A stretch of 64,000 nt of DNA from Curvularia clavata (lineage: Eukaryota): positions 2,108,001 through 2,172,000 of the forward strand of contig CP089277.1 in the NCBI GenBank assembly GCA_023920165.1. The letters are read 5' to 3'. A program made the position numbers and the translations under genes. Of the stretch, positions 49,938-60,956 are shown one piece after another. Every line of letters begins with the position of its first letter. The first letter of the stretch is position 1. The notes beneath the pieces were generated by a model. It saw only the letters and a list, made by a program, of their open reading frames with translations, searched no databases and was not told the DNA's origin.

Positions 49938-51642
49938 ATGATCTCCACCATTCTTGATGTGCTATCTTCACAGTTAGCTAGCCATCCGTTCCAATCTTTC
50001 CTGCTTTTGACAATTTTTGCCCCCGTCCTATACATCTTGAGCAACGAGTATGTACGGTATTCGCGGCGCATCAAAGGATTTCCAGGACCAAGAAACTGGC
50101 CCTTGGTGGGCAACATCCCAGATATCAAATACAATGCAGCAGAAAAGTATCGAGAATGGAGCAAGACTTATGGTGCAGTGTACCAAATCCAGCTCGGGAA
50201 TGAGCCTGTGATTGTGGTAAACAGTGCAGAGGCTGCAAGAAAACTGTTTGGTGGCAACAGTCAAGCACTGAGCTCAAGGCCGGTTTTCTGGACTTTCCAC
50301 AAGGTGAGGTTTGCTGGTCGATGAATTGGGATGCATGGCTGAGTATAGCATAGGTGCTTTCGAACACTGCTGGTACGACAATCGGCACCTCGCCATTCAG
50401 TGAGTCGCTTAAGCGTCGGAGGAAGGGTGCTGCCTCTGCGTTGAACAAGCCTTCTATCGCGACATACGTAGATCATCTCGACCTCGAGACGAAGGAATTT
50501 ATCAAAGACGCTTTCGAATCAGGAAACGCTGGAACTGCGAGCGTGGATCCGATGCCGATGATAGAGCGTCTCTCTCTCTCACTCGCGTTGACACTCAACT
50601 GGGGGACGCGCATGAGTAGCCGCCATGACCCCATGTTCCACGAGATATGTGAAGTTGAGGCTGCGATATCAAAATTTCGCAGCACCACTGGAAATTTGCA
50701 GGATTACATTCCCATACTGAGACTGAACCCCTTCAGCTTGGGTACCAGATCAGCAAAAGAGTATCGTAATCGCAGAGACGTCTACTTGACCAAGTTGAAT
50801 CGTGATTTAGACGAACGTATGGAGAAGGGCGTTCACAAGCCATGCATCCAAGCGAACATCATCCAAGACAAAGATGCGGCGCTAAACAAAGAAGAGCTGA
50901 CATCAATTAGCTTGACGATGTTGTCAGGAGGACTGGACACAATTACGACGTTGGTCCAATGGAGCGTGGCCCTGCTCGCTCAAAGACCGGATATTCAAGC
51001 CAAGGCAATTCAGGAGATTAGGAAATTCCATTCGGAGAAGGAGCCGCTGGCCGATGCCTACGATGACCAGAAGTGTGGATATATTGCGGCGTTGGTTCGA
51101 GAGTGTCTGCGGTACTATACCGTTCTACGACTGGCCCTTCCGCGGGCAACAGTCAAGGATGTGATGTACGACGGCAAGCTCATCCCAGCCGGGAGCACGA
51201 TATACTTGAATGCATGGGCGTGCAACATGGGTAAGCAGTGTTGTGGTTTCGACAGTACAACAGTACACTTGGTGGTGCAATGCTGATTCTTGCGTGTCTA
51301 GACCCTGAGGTTTGGAGCGATCCAGATGAGTTCCGGCCAGAGCGCTGGCTCGAACAGCCTGATGCGCCACTGCACAGCTATGGGCTAGGATACAGGATGT
51401 GTGCTGGCTCGCTGTTGGCTAACCGGGAGCTGTACCTGGTATTTCTGAGGATGTTGAACAGCTTCGAGCTCGTTCCGGATTCGGATGTGGACGTGCATCC
51501 TGTGCGAGGCAGCTCCGATCCTACCAGCCTTGTGACCATGTGCCGAGCTTACAAGGTCATCTTCAAGCCGCGGAACGAGCGGATACTGCGTGAGGCATTG
51601 AGGGCGGCGGATGAGCGATTGGCCGGGCATGAGAAGACATGA
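49938..51642 (+). CDS. Cytochrome P450, CYP504 family (phenylacetate/3-hydroxyphenylacetate hydroxylase, PhacA/PhacB-like)
   Basis: N-terminal anchor, GTTIGTSPFSESLKRRRKGAASALNKP, I-helix SGGLDT, ECLR, PERW, heme motif YGLGYRMCAG. Introns 50304-50353 and 51231-51301. Confidence 0.9.
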
Positions 51643-52025
51643 GTTGAGCTGTGGGTGGTGTTGAGTGCATGCATGGCTTGGCGGGCGGAATCATTGCGGT
51701 TGCAGTTGTAATGCGGGACGCTGGCCGTCTGTCTACCACTCGGTCCTCGCCTGCCATCGCCCAATCATCTTGAGCATGTTCCGCTGAGCTTTGTCGCATA
51801 GTTTTCCTTTGTCAATGATAGCGAAGGCAGTCTCGTCCCAATTTTCTTGTGTATATGACACGCGTTGTGATCTGCGCCGCCCCGTCGCCCGAAACTTGTT
51901 CGCACTCGCGCATGGCTCACCTACCTATGCCTAGGTAGCTGTTGTCGAATCGGCCACTAGAGTACACGCGACACGTTCCCCTCCAACACCATGACCGGCG
52001 TCTCTGCGAGATAGAAGGCGAAATC

Positions 52026-54309
52026 ATGTTCAGAAAGACAATGCTCTCAGGCGACGAGGAACTGGGCAAGAAAGACGACGATCACCGATTCAAGCCAATA
52101 CGGCAGTCGAGTTGGTCCATATGGGGCCACTCTTTTCGCTGGCGCCGGCGGAGGATAGTGCTTGCCATGGTTGGCCTGTTGCTGGTATATTATCTGCTCC
52201 ATGGCACTGCAGATGACGTCGACAGCTTCACCCCCCAGCAATATCCGTCAACTCTGGGGCGACCGACAACCTCCACGTATACGAACCCGAGCGCAGACCA
52301 AGACGAGCCTACTGGGGCACCCGAGGGCATACAGAGATCGGTCCGGGGAGAGCCCACGCCCCATGGATATGATGGGCAGGTACGCTTCTTTCGCCTCGCC
52401 AGCAGTTTGCGGTCGTCGGCCTCGACGACGGGCGGCTACGACAAGAAGAACAGAAACATACTCTTTGCCATATCGGCCCTTCAGAGTGCTTCTGTGCTAT
52501 TGTCCATGGCATGCGACATGTCCAAATGGAACAGGAACCATGTCCATGTAGCTTTCATGGGAAGGGATGGGATACCTTTGGAAGATCTGCTCGAGATCAA
52601 TGGCATAGACAAGACCGAGTGCCCTGCTATGTGGCACGATGCACGGCCAGACTATGCAGAGTACGTCCGTCCAGCTTGTATGACCACTTGAGGCGGTTGC
52701 CACTCTGGGCTGACATGCTGTCTACAGATACAGCACTGATTCACGCGCCGAGTCCGCAGTAAAAGGCGCCTTGTCGCACATCGATTACTTCCTCCATCCC
52801 CAGGCCGTTATCATTCATGACACGCTGTCGGAAGACGGATTTTTTGTTCGAGGCATGCGGAGCAAGACAGATACACTACATATGGCTCTCATCGAGGTAC
52901 CCAAGGATAGGCTCGATGATTTTACATGGGTTACCCGGCTTGACGCAGGATCACTAAAGCGCTGGCACGACCCTACTATAGACATCCTGATTCAGGTACC
53001 ACCATACTCTTCGAGTGTCCTGCAGTTACTCAAGTCAATCAAAGATGCAGATTACAGTGGCCTAAGGCCGCCACACATTACCCTTGAGTTACCGGCCCAG
53101 CTCGATAGGTCGGTGGAAGAATACATTACGAAATTCAAGTGGCCACCCAGCAGCAACGAGCACTATGTGGGGAGCGGACTTACTGTCAGACGGCGTATTG
53201 CGAACCACGGGTCCAATCAGGAGGAATCAGCTATACGCTTCCTTGAGCTCTTCTATCCGGCGAGCTCCACTAATTCGCATGTGCTTCTGCTTTCTTCGCA
53301 AACGCACGTCGCCCGGCAGTACTTCCACTTTGTCAAGTATGCGCTGCTGGAATACAAGTACTCTGCATTTGGCACTCATGATAGTGGGGATCTGATGGGC
53401 GTGAGCCTTGAGCTGCCGACAAAGCTCTTAGATAATCAAGCGAAGCTCAAACTCCCATCAACCAGCGACATGCATACAGATCGGTACAAAAAGCTATACC
53501 CCGAGGCTAAGAGTGCGCCGTTCCTGTGGCAGGCTCCCAACAGTCACGCAACGTTATTCTTTGGAGGAAAATGGGCAGAGTTCCACTCCTTCTTGAGCAA
53601 CCGGGTAGTCAAGCGTCAAGATTCAGTCAAGTGGACGCCGCGAGCGAAACTTGTGTCGGAGACACTGCCAGCGTGGTCCGAGTATATGCTTGAATTCATG
53701 CGAGCCCGGGGTTACTCGCTATTATATCCTGCGATAATGCCTAGTGAGATTGTCACCATACACAAGGAGCTATATCAGACCCCCGAGGAGTTTAGTGCGT
53801 CACTCGAAGATGCCAATGGAGAAGCACAGGCGGTAAGAAAGAATGAAGCTTTTCAACGTGCAGGGACACGGCCAGGCGTGCCCAATGGGGCAGAAACAAA
53901 GGCGACGACGGATGCACAACCTCTTCATCTGGTACTCCCCTTTGACGGCGATCTCCCCGAGATTCCTCACTTGCCTTTGTTGCTTTACAACGGCCAACAG
54001 ATGGATGCTGCCAACGTGTCAACCATTGCACAAGCGTACGCTGAGCAATTCCGCAAGGAGGTGGGCGGGTGTGAGACAATCAAAGGAAAGCACAGGAAGA
54101 GGGTCGAGGGACAGGCGGGCGATTTGTTTTGTTTCGGTAGCGAGGGCAGGGAGGATTGGGAAGAAGACGAGACGAGGGAGACGGAGCTGTTTGATGCACC
54201 GATTGACGACCAGTTGGAGAAGCTGCTTGTGGATGGGCTGCCAACAACGACGGCATTGGCAAAGGATGGGAAGCCTACGAGGACAGCGACAGGGGCTGAT
54301 AGTGCATAG
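52026..54309 (+). CDS. Type II membrane glycosyltransferase-2-like protein
   Basis: DEELGKKDDD N terminus, RRRR followed by a TM helix, WHDARPDY, FLELFYP, PFLWQAPNS. Intron 52661-52727. Confidence 0.75.
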
Positions 54310-54714
54310 GCAAAGAGGAGAAGAGATGCATATTTGTGTTGTTCAAATCTAAGGTTCGTTTCTAGTATTGACATGAGGCTACTGTATCGCGTGCGTGTGG
54401 CGCAGGTGGCGCAGGTGATGGTGGCGGCGGGGCTCGGAAAGGCTCGGCGCCATGCCGCATTCGCTATGACGCCGACAGGGCGGGAGATTTTTTGGGTCGA
54501 GAATCTTCATCCACAGCGGCCACGCCTGCCTGCCCATTTCTTGCCCTTTCTCTGCGTGCGCGATCCCCTCAATTCATCTTCTGGCGTTGAAGCATATTTG
54601 GGGTTCCTTTTCCTTCTCTTGTTGTTCTTGTTCTTCTTTCTTCCTTCATACTGTTTAGATACCCCCCCAAATTCGTCGAGACACGCAGCAAGAAGACGGC
54701 AGGCATTGGGCACG

Positions 54715-57700
54715 ATGCTTGCACGAGCAGCCGGACGGAAACTGCGCAGGAATGCCTTTACCACGCCCACCACTCTTTCACACCAACTGGCCTTGCCATG
54801 GCTGTGCCCTGCGCTGTCGCGTGCAAACTCACACACGCCTTCGATAGCTGCACGCCGCAGCGCACACGACTCAACACCCCGGCGGCGACAACGGCGCTCA
54901 TCGCTCTCTCTTTCCCTCTCCCCATCCGCACGCCATGAGACACGCTCCCTCGCCACGACGGCCGAACTACAGCCCCCGCCTCCCTCGCCGCTGCCATTCA
55001 ATCCCTTCTCCCAAGCCTTTGGTCGCCAATTACCCGACTCCGACCTCGCCCATCTCCCCACCTGGGATGCTCTCAATCCCCTGGTTGTACACGATTCTCT
55101 AACCTCCGCGCCGCAACTTCGCGCCGTTCCAGGTGTTGGCAGCGACCCCACAGAACTCCATCAAAACCTATACGCATGTCTACGGGTCGGCCGTACAGAT
55201 CGTGCTGCTATAATCATCAATCGCCTCATGTCTTTGTACCGACCGGACGCTCCCGAAGTCATCGATGCTCACAACGTATACCTTCAGACCCTGTTGGACT
55301 TGGGCCAAATGGATACCAAAACCTCTGCAATGGAGAAAATCCGGACTTGGTATGAAACAAAAATGTTGCGAAAAGCCGTCCAACCCAATGCTCAGACATT
55401 TGTCACTCTGATACGCTCTGCCATGCACTTCCTCGAACCTGGTGCAGCAGAAGACGCTGTCCGACAGTACATCAAAGCTGCCCGTGAGCATGGCGAGCAT
55501 GTTGTCGACAGCATCAATGCCTCGCCCGACTTCTCCGATGAAGAGTGGGACCTTTTGATCCGTCTCCAGCCAGAATCGTTTAATGAGCCCCCGCCAGTCG
55601 ACCAAGTTCAACATCTTCATGTCAGTACACCCACCGGTCGCAACAACCTAATCGCGCACGGCTTGCTATCGCATCCTGCTCAAGAAATCAAGCCAGTCAA
55701 GCAGAAAGGCATGGGCTTGGACTCATTGAAAGAAGCTCTCAGCATCTTTGACCATGGCGAGCGCGTCCCTTATCCGCACGATATGGATGGCACCCAAGAG
55801 GAGAAAGATCAGGCCTATGCTTACGCAAGACAATTGCAAATGGAACAAGATGGCATTGACGCGGCTGTCAAAAGATGGAAGGCTGAAGACGAGAAGCTAC
55901 AAGAAATGGGCATCCATGGCGTCATGAACAAGAAGCCAATCCAAGCCATGATGTATGGTTGGTATACTGCTCTTGTACCACTCTTCAAAAAGCGAATCGA
56001 GCATGCCAAGCAGGTCCTACTTGAGCCTCCAAAGGCTACAAATCGAGATGATGCCCATGAATACGGAGTCTGGCTCGAGCGATGCAGCCCTGAGAAACTA
56101 GCAGCTATCACTGTTGCTCGTACCACCCAGGCTGCAGTCAAAGGCAAAGGCGAGGATAGCTCCGCCCTTAAAATATCGGCCTTGTCCATTGCTGTGGGGA
56201 ATGACATCGAGGACTACCTCAATAGTGAATCTCAAACTCGCCGAGATGCCTTTCTCAAAAAGCAACGGAAACAAACACGCCTCGATCTGGTCAACACACT
56301 CTCCAAATCGGGCCCTACACTATCTTCTGAAACAGCAACCCAACCTGGGGAAAACAACCTTTTTAGGTTTGAGAAGGCCGACATGCCTCTTTCGGCCCGG
56401 ACAAAGCTTGGTGCTATGTGCATAGAACAGTTACTCCAGTCTGCCACCCTCATTGTCACCGCCAATGACCCAAGAACTGGCAAGCTTGTGTCTCGTAGCA
56501 TGGCTGCTTTCCATCACCAAGTCGGTTTTCACCAAGGAAAGAAGCTCGGCTTCATAGTACCACATCATGAGCTTTTGGCCAAAATGCGCACAGATTCTGT
56601 TCATAGCATTCAGACTGTCCGCCTGCCAATGGTTATCGAACCAAAGCCGTGGTCGAGTTTCGAAGACGGTGGATACTACACTGTGCCGCAAAAGATTGTT
56701 CGACAGAAAGGTGGTGACAGTGCTCAGCGGGCTTATGCCCAGCTGGCTATAGAGAACGGCGACATGTCCAAAGTCATGGCTGGGTTGGATGTGCTTGGAC
56801 GAGTCCCCTGGCAAATCAATGCCCCTGTTTTCGACGTCATGGCCCGTGCTTGGAACGCTGGTGAGAGTATTGGTTCGCTCGTTGGTGAAGATGCCCTCGC
56901 AAGTCATGAGCGTCCTATAGAGCCTCCTGCGGATGCATCATTCCAAGAACGATTGCGATGGAACAAGGCTCTTCAAGAGTACGAAAACACTATCGGTGGT
57001 CTTCATTCCCAACGCTGCTTCCAGAACTTTCAACTCGAGACTGCCCGAGCATACGTTAATGAGAAAAGGATATACTTCCCGCACAGTGTGGATTTCCGAG
57101 GTCGAGCATACCCGATACCCCCTATCCTCAACCACATTGGTTCCGATGTCGCAAGAGGACTTCTTAAATTTGCGCACGGTAAAGAGCTTGGTGTTGTTGG
57201 ACTGCAGTGGCTCAAGATCCACCTTGCCAACTTGTACGGTTTTGACAAGGCCAGCCTGCGAGAGAGGGAACAGTTCGCAATGGATAATATGAATGAGATC
57301 TACGATTCAGCAAGCAACCCACTCGGAGGCCGGCGGTGGTGGACTAAAGCCGAAGATCCATGGCAATGTTTGGCATGTTGCATGGAGTTGAAGAATGCTT
57401 TCGACCTGCCCGATCCAACTCGCTTTGTATCACAACTGCCCGTCCACCAAGACGGGACCTGTAATGGGCTCCAGCATTATGCCGCTTTGGGTGGCGATCA
57501 TGCAGGTGCTCGTCAAGTCAATCTCGAACCTTCGGATAGACCACAGGACATTTACACGGGAGTGGCGGAGCTAGTGAAGGAGATGGTCGCCAAAGATGCC
57601 AGCAAAGGAGTACCCGTTGCCGTCTTCATAAACGGTCATATCTCTCGAAAGGTTGTGAAGCGAACTGTCATGACCAACGTTTACGGTGTCACGTTCATGG

Positions 57701-59007
57701 GTGCGAAACAGCAAGTCCAAGATGAGCTGCGCAATATCTTCCCTCATTTCCAGCGTTCAGACAAGATCAAATCGCTGGGAAGTGTTGCTTTGTATGTTGC
57801 GCAAAAAATCTTCGAGGCATTGGGAAAAATCTTCAATGGCGCGCAAGAGATCCAATACTGGCTGGGCGAATGTGGCGATCGTATCACAACATCAATTTCG
57901 GCTGAACAGATCAAACGAATCCAAGAACGATCCGAGGGAATGGACCCCGCGGAAGCGCTATACGATTCAAAGTTCGCTGCACCTAAAAAAGTCACTGCAC
58001 TCCAAATCAACAAGCTAAACAAGAACCTTGAGAAGTTCAAGACTAGCATCATCTGGACCACGCCCCTCAAGATGCCCATTGTGCAACCTTACAGAAAAGA
58101 CAGCGTCCAGAAGATTAGAACAAAGATACAGGATATCACTGTCTCAAAGAGATCGCAACAGGACGAGGTCGACAAGCGCAAGCAGTTGCAAGCGTTTCCT
58201 CCGAATTTCATTCATTCCCTTGACGCCACACACATGACTCTATCAGCTCTGAAGGCCAATGAAATGGGCCTTGATTTCGCAGCAGTGCACGACAGTTTCT
58301 GGACGCACGCGTCCGATATCCCCAATCTGAATGTCATTCTTCGTGATGCATTCGTGCGTATGCACACTGAAGACATCGTCGGCCGCCTAGCTGCCGAGTT
58401 CTCGGCGCGCTATGCAGGAGCCATGTATCGCGCCACCATTATCAGTACATCCGAGGCGGGTCGAAAGATTACCAAATGGAGACTAGAGCGCCGGAAGAAC
58501 GAAGGCAAGGCGCTGAAAGCTGGAGGATTGACGAGAGGAGAGGCTACATTCGAAGAGGTTGCGCTTGAGGCTAAGCGGCAAGAACTGTTACAGAGCGAAG
58601 ACCCAAATGAAAGGAAAAAGGGCGAGGAAATGGAAACACCAACCAGCATTTGGCTTGCGAACCAGGATCCACAGGCGCTACATTCGTTCCGTCTTCAACT
58701 GCTCGGTGAAACCAAAGAGAAGAAATCTGCAGAACGGCAGACGGAAATCAGGGACAAGGTCCTAGGTGGGGAAGCAGAGGCCATTACTACCACCGAATCC
58801 ACCATTGATGTTGTCGAGGATGATGCGGAAGACCTTGCAAAAGACCCTCAGAGTGGCGGTCTTCATGGCAAGAAGAAGCCAGTCTCCCGTGTTGCTGCTG
58901 ACATAAGCACAATCCAGGTCTGGGTTCCCTTGACCTTCCCTCAAATCCCCAAAAAAGGTGGCTGGGATGTTTCTCGTCTCCGGGAATCGAAGTACTTTTT
59001 CTCATGA
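54715..59007 (+). CDS. RPO41: Mitochondrial DNA-directed RNA polymerase (T7-like)
   Basis: Presequence MLARAAGRKLRR; DFRGRAYP; motif A PVHQDGTCNGLQHY; motif B RKVVKRTVMTNVYG; FPPNFIHSLDA; motif C AVHDSFWTH; C-terminal SKYFFS. Confidence 0.98.
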   Translation: MLARAAGRKLRRNAFTTPTTLSHQLALPWLCPALSRANSHTPSIAARRSAHDSTPRRRQRRSSLSLSLSPSARHETRSLATTAELQPPPPSPLPFNPFSQAFGRQLPDSDLAHLPTWDALNPLVVHDSLTSAPQLRAVPGVGSDPTELHQNLYACLRVGRTDRAAIIINRLMSLYRPDAPEVIDAHNVYLQTLLDLGQMDTKTSAMEKIRTWYETKMLRKAVQPNAQTFVTLIRSAMHFLEPGAAEDAVRQYIKAAREHGEHVVDSINASPDFSDEEWDLLIRLQPESFNEPPPVDQVQHLHVSTPTGRNNLIAHGLLSHPAQEIKPVKQKGMGLDSLKEALSIFDHGERVPYPHDMDGTQEEKDQAYAYARQLQMEQDGIDAAVKRWKAEDEKLQEMGIHGVMNKKPIQAMMYGWYTALVPLFKKRIEHAKQVLLEPPKATNRDDAHEYGVWLERCSPEKLAAITVARTTQAAVKGKGEDSSALKISALSIAVGNDIEDYLNSESQTRRDAFLKKQRKQTRLDLVNTLSKSGPTLSSETATQPGENNLFRFEKADMPLSARTKLGAMCIEQLLQSATLIVTANDPRTGKLVSRSMAAFHHQVGFHQGKKLGFIVPHHELLAKMRTDSVHSIQTVRLPMVIEPKPWSSFEDGGYYTVPQKIVRQKGGDSAQRAYAQLAIENGDMSKVMAGLDVLGRVPWQINAPVFDVMARAWNAGESIGSLVGEDALASHERPIEPPADASFQERLRWNKALQEYENTIGGLHSQRCFQNFQLETARAYVNEKRIYFPHSVDFRGRAYPIPPILNHIGSDVARGLLKFAHGKELGVVGLQWLKIHLANLYGFDKASLREREQFAMDNMNEIYDSASNPLGGRRWWTKAEDPWQCLACCMELKNAFDLPDPTRFVSQLPVHQDGTCNGLQHYAALGGDHAGARQVNLEPSDRPQDIYTGVAELVKEMVAKDASKGVPVAVFINGHISRKVVKRTVMTNVYGVTFMGAKQQVQDELRNIFPHFQRSDKIKSLGSVALYVAQKIFEALGKIFNGAQEIQYWLGECGDRITTSISAEQIKRIQERSEGMDPAEALYDSKFAAPKKVTALQINKLNKNLEKFKTSIIWTTPLKMPIVQPYRKDSVQKIRTKIQDITVSKRSQQDEVDKRKQLQAFPPNFIHSLDATHMTLSALKANEMGLDFAAVHDSFWTHASDIPNLNVILRDAFVRMHTEDIVGRLAAEFSARYAGAMYRATIISTSEAGRKITKWRLERRKNEGKALKAGGLTRGEATFEEVALEAKRQELLQSEDPNERKKGEEMETPTSIWLANQDPQALHSFRLQLLGETKEKKSAERQTEIRDKVLGGEAEAITTTESTIDVVEDDAEDLAKDPQSGGLHGKKKPVSRVAADISTIQVWVPLTFPQIPKKGGWDVSRLRESKYFFS

Positions 59008-59621
59008 CTCAGTCCTGCACTTCGAGGCGACTCTGAACGCGAGTTTTTTGCGCCCGATAACTACACGCCCATCACAGCAACAGAACAGATTCGCAGAATT
59101 AGCAGGATGTTCAGATTGCAGGACGAGTGTGGATGGCATGTCAATATCAGTCCTCTGGCCTGGTGGAGAGAGGCGCATCCGGGCAGCTCAACAACTCAAG
59201 GGAGGAGGAGGAAAGCTGGCGAGACGAGAGGCAGGAAAAAACTTGTATCTTCTATGTAATGATAGTAACCCCTCTTATCTTTTATGAATGAATGTATGTA
59301 ATATGTTTCACAGCAATCGACACGTACGAGAAATAAGTCTATGTTCTTCTCATGGACATTATGGACTAGTCTCTCAATTGCGATAGAACGACTGCTCTGG
59401 CCTTGTAGCTGCAGATTGCCAGCCCTCGCAGGCAATCGATCGGACAAATGAGAATTATGAAGGTTTTTCGTCTGTACTTTGAACGCTAGGTATTTTGACA
59501 AGCTTATACAGGGTCCGGGTGCTACGCGGATGCTTGTATGTACGGAAGTATGTGATTTGGGATCTACCGTGTGGAATGGAAAGATAGCGATCGGAGACAA
59601 GCGCTTGCGAGCGATAACAGA

Positions 59622-60956
59622 TCAGAGAGAGACCCTTTGCTCAGGGATGGATTCAACCGTATTAATATCGACCACACTGGGCATCTCTACAGCCGGTGCA
59701 TCATTCCAGCGAAGGCTAGGAGAGTTCAAAAGATCCATTCTTTCCTCGGCTCTCATACGGTCTGCGGTGATTCTCTTTGGGTAGTTGCGCATGAACATGT
59801 TCGTGAAGTGGGTACCATAGTGAATTCCTTCTTTAGGTTCTTGACCGGCTTGGAATCCTGACAATGGCTTCATAACGGCGGAGAAGTTGGGTTCGTGGAA
59901 GTAAGCAAATGCGAAGCGCTCGCGGGTGTTGAGGCCAACTTTGTGGGGCGTGGATGGGAGGTATGAGTTTGTGATGTATTGCATCATGTCGCCCTGTAAT
60001 GGTGGTCAGAATAGGTGTCTCCCCAAGAATACCGTGAGACAGTGACTTACAGGGAAAACAGTAAATACATCAGGCACAGGAGGGACGTAAACCCAGCCTT
60101 CGGCATCCTCGTGCTTACCAGCCGCACTCTCTTTCCAGTTGGCGTAAGTCTCACCCTCAATAGGAGGACGGATGAACAGACCGCCAACATCATCTTGAGC
60201 GGCAATTACTAGAAGACCATAGTCGGTATGGGAGCCAATACCGCGACCAGCTTTGCCCTTTCCATTAACGTTGTTAGCCTCTGGGAAGCGCAGAATACGC
60301 ATATGGTGCCAGCCATCCTGCGTACACCGGGTCAGGGCGTTGCCGTCTCTCAAACCAAGCCCCCAAGCAATGAGTTGCAGCATCTTTTCACCGCTCTCGC
60401 CAAGGTAGTCCATGTACGCCTGCATGACCGTCTTCATCTGACTAAAGGGCCAGGGGCACGGGCCATGACACGGCCACCTTTGCTGAACGCGCGGATCAGA
60501 AAGTGCAAGATCCTTGGTGACGGTGAAAATCTCACTGTAATCAGCGATATTGTCGGTTATTTCCTCTCCCGAAGCGATGTACCCGGCGAAAGACTGATCG
60601 TCTAGGCAAGCTGCTTTCTTCTTGTAGTCAAGGCCGAAGAACTTCTTGCTGCAGAGAAAGGCTGCATCCGCAAGCTTCCGATTGATAGGATCCATGGAAA
60701 TTTGGAGAATACCATCTCTCCTCCAAGCATCAATCATGCTTTTGCCCAGAGCCTTGTCGGCCGCACTACCGCTTAGGGTCTCGGGAAGCTCGAATGTCTG
60801 GAGTTGGCCAACAGTCGCTTTATGACCAGGTGGCATAGTAGAAGTCCTATGATCAGCCACAGTTGCCAACCCTCGGAATAAGCTAGCTTGTGGGAATACT
60901 CGGTAAGGTGGTGTGCGGATCATTTTTTGTGTATGAATTATAGCACGGTTTGCCAT
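59622..60956 (-). CDS. efe: 2-oxoglutarate/Fe(II)-dependent ethylene/succinate-forming enzyme (EFE) homologue, 425 aa
   Basis: LQTFELPE, AWRRDGILQI, GYIASGEEIT, DYSEIFTV, WPCHGP, GWHHMRILRFP, GIGSHTDYGLLVIAAQDDVGGLFIRPP, FTVFPGD, STPHKV, RERFAFAYFHEPNF, HYGTHFTNMFMR. Intron 60050-59994. Confidence 0.95.

Noticed and set aside
54334..54714. 127-aa N-terminal extension of the RPO41 ORF in the track
   Set aside because: Non-ATG start running through promoter and pyrimidine-rich 5' UTR. The ATG at 54715 gives a typical mitochondrial presequence.
54715..59007. T7-like RNA polymerase as a phage or linear-plasmid insertion
   Set aside because: It is the normal nuclear-encoded mitochondrial polymerase with presequence and long N-terminal extension.
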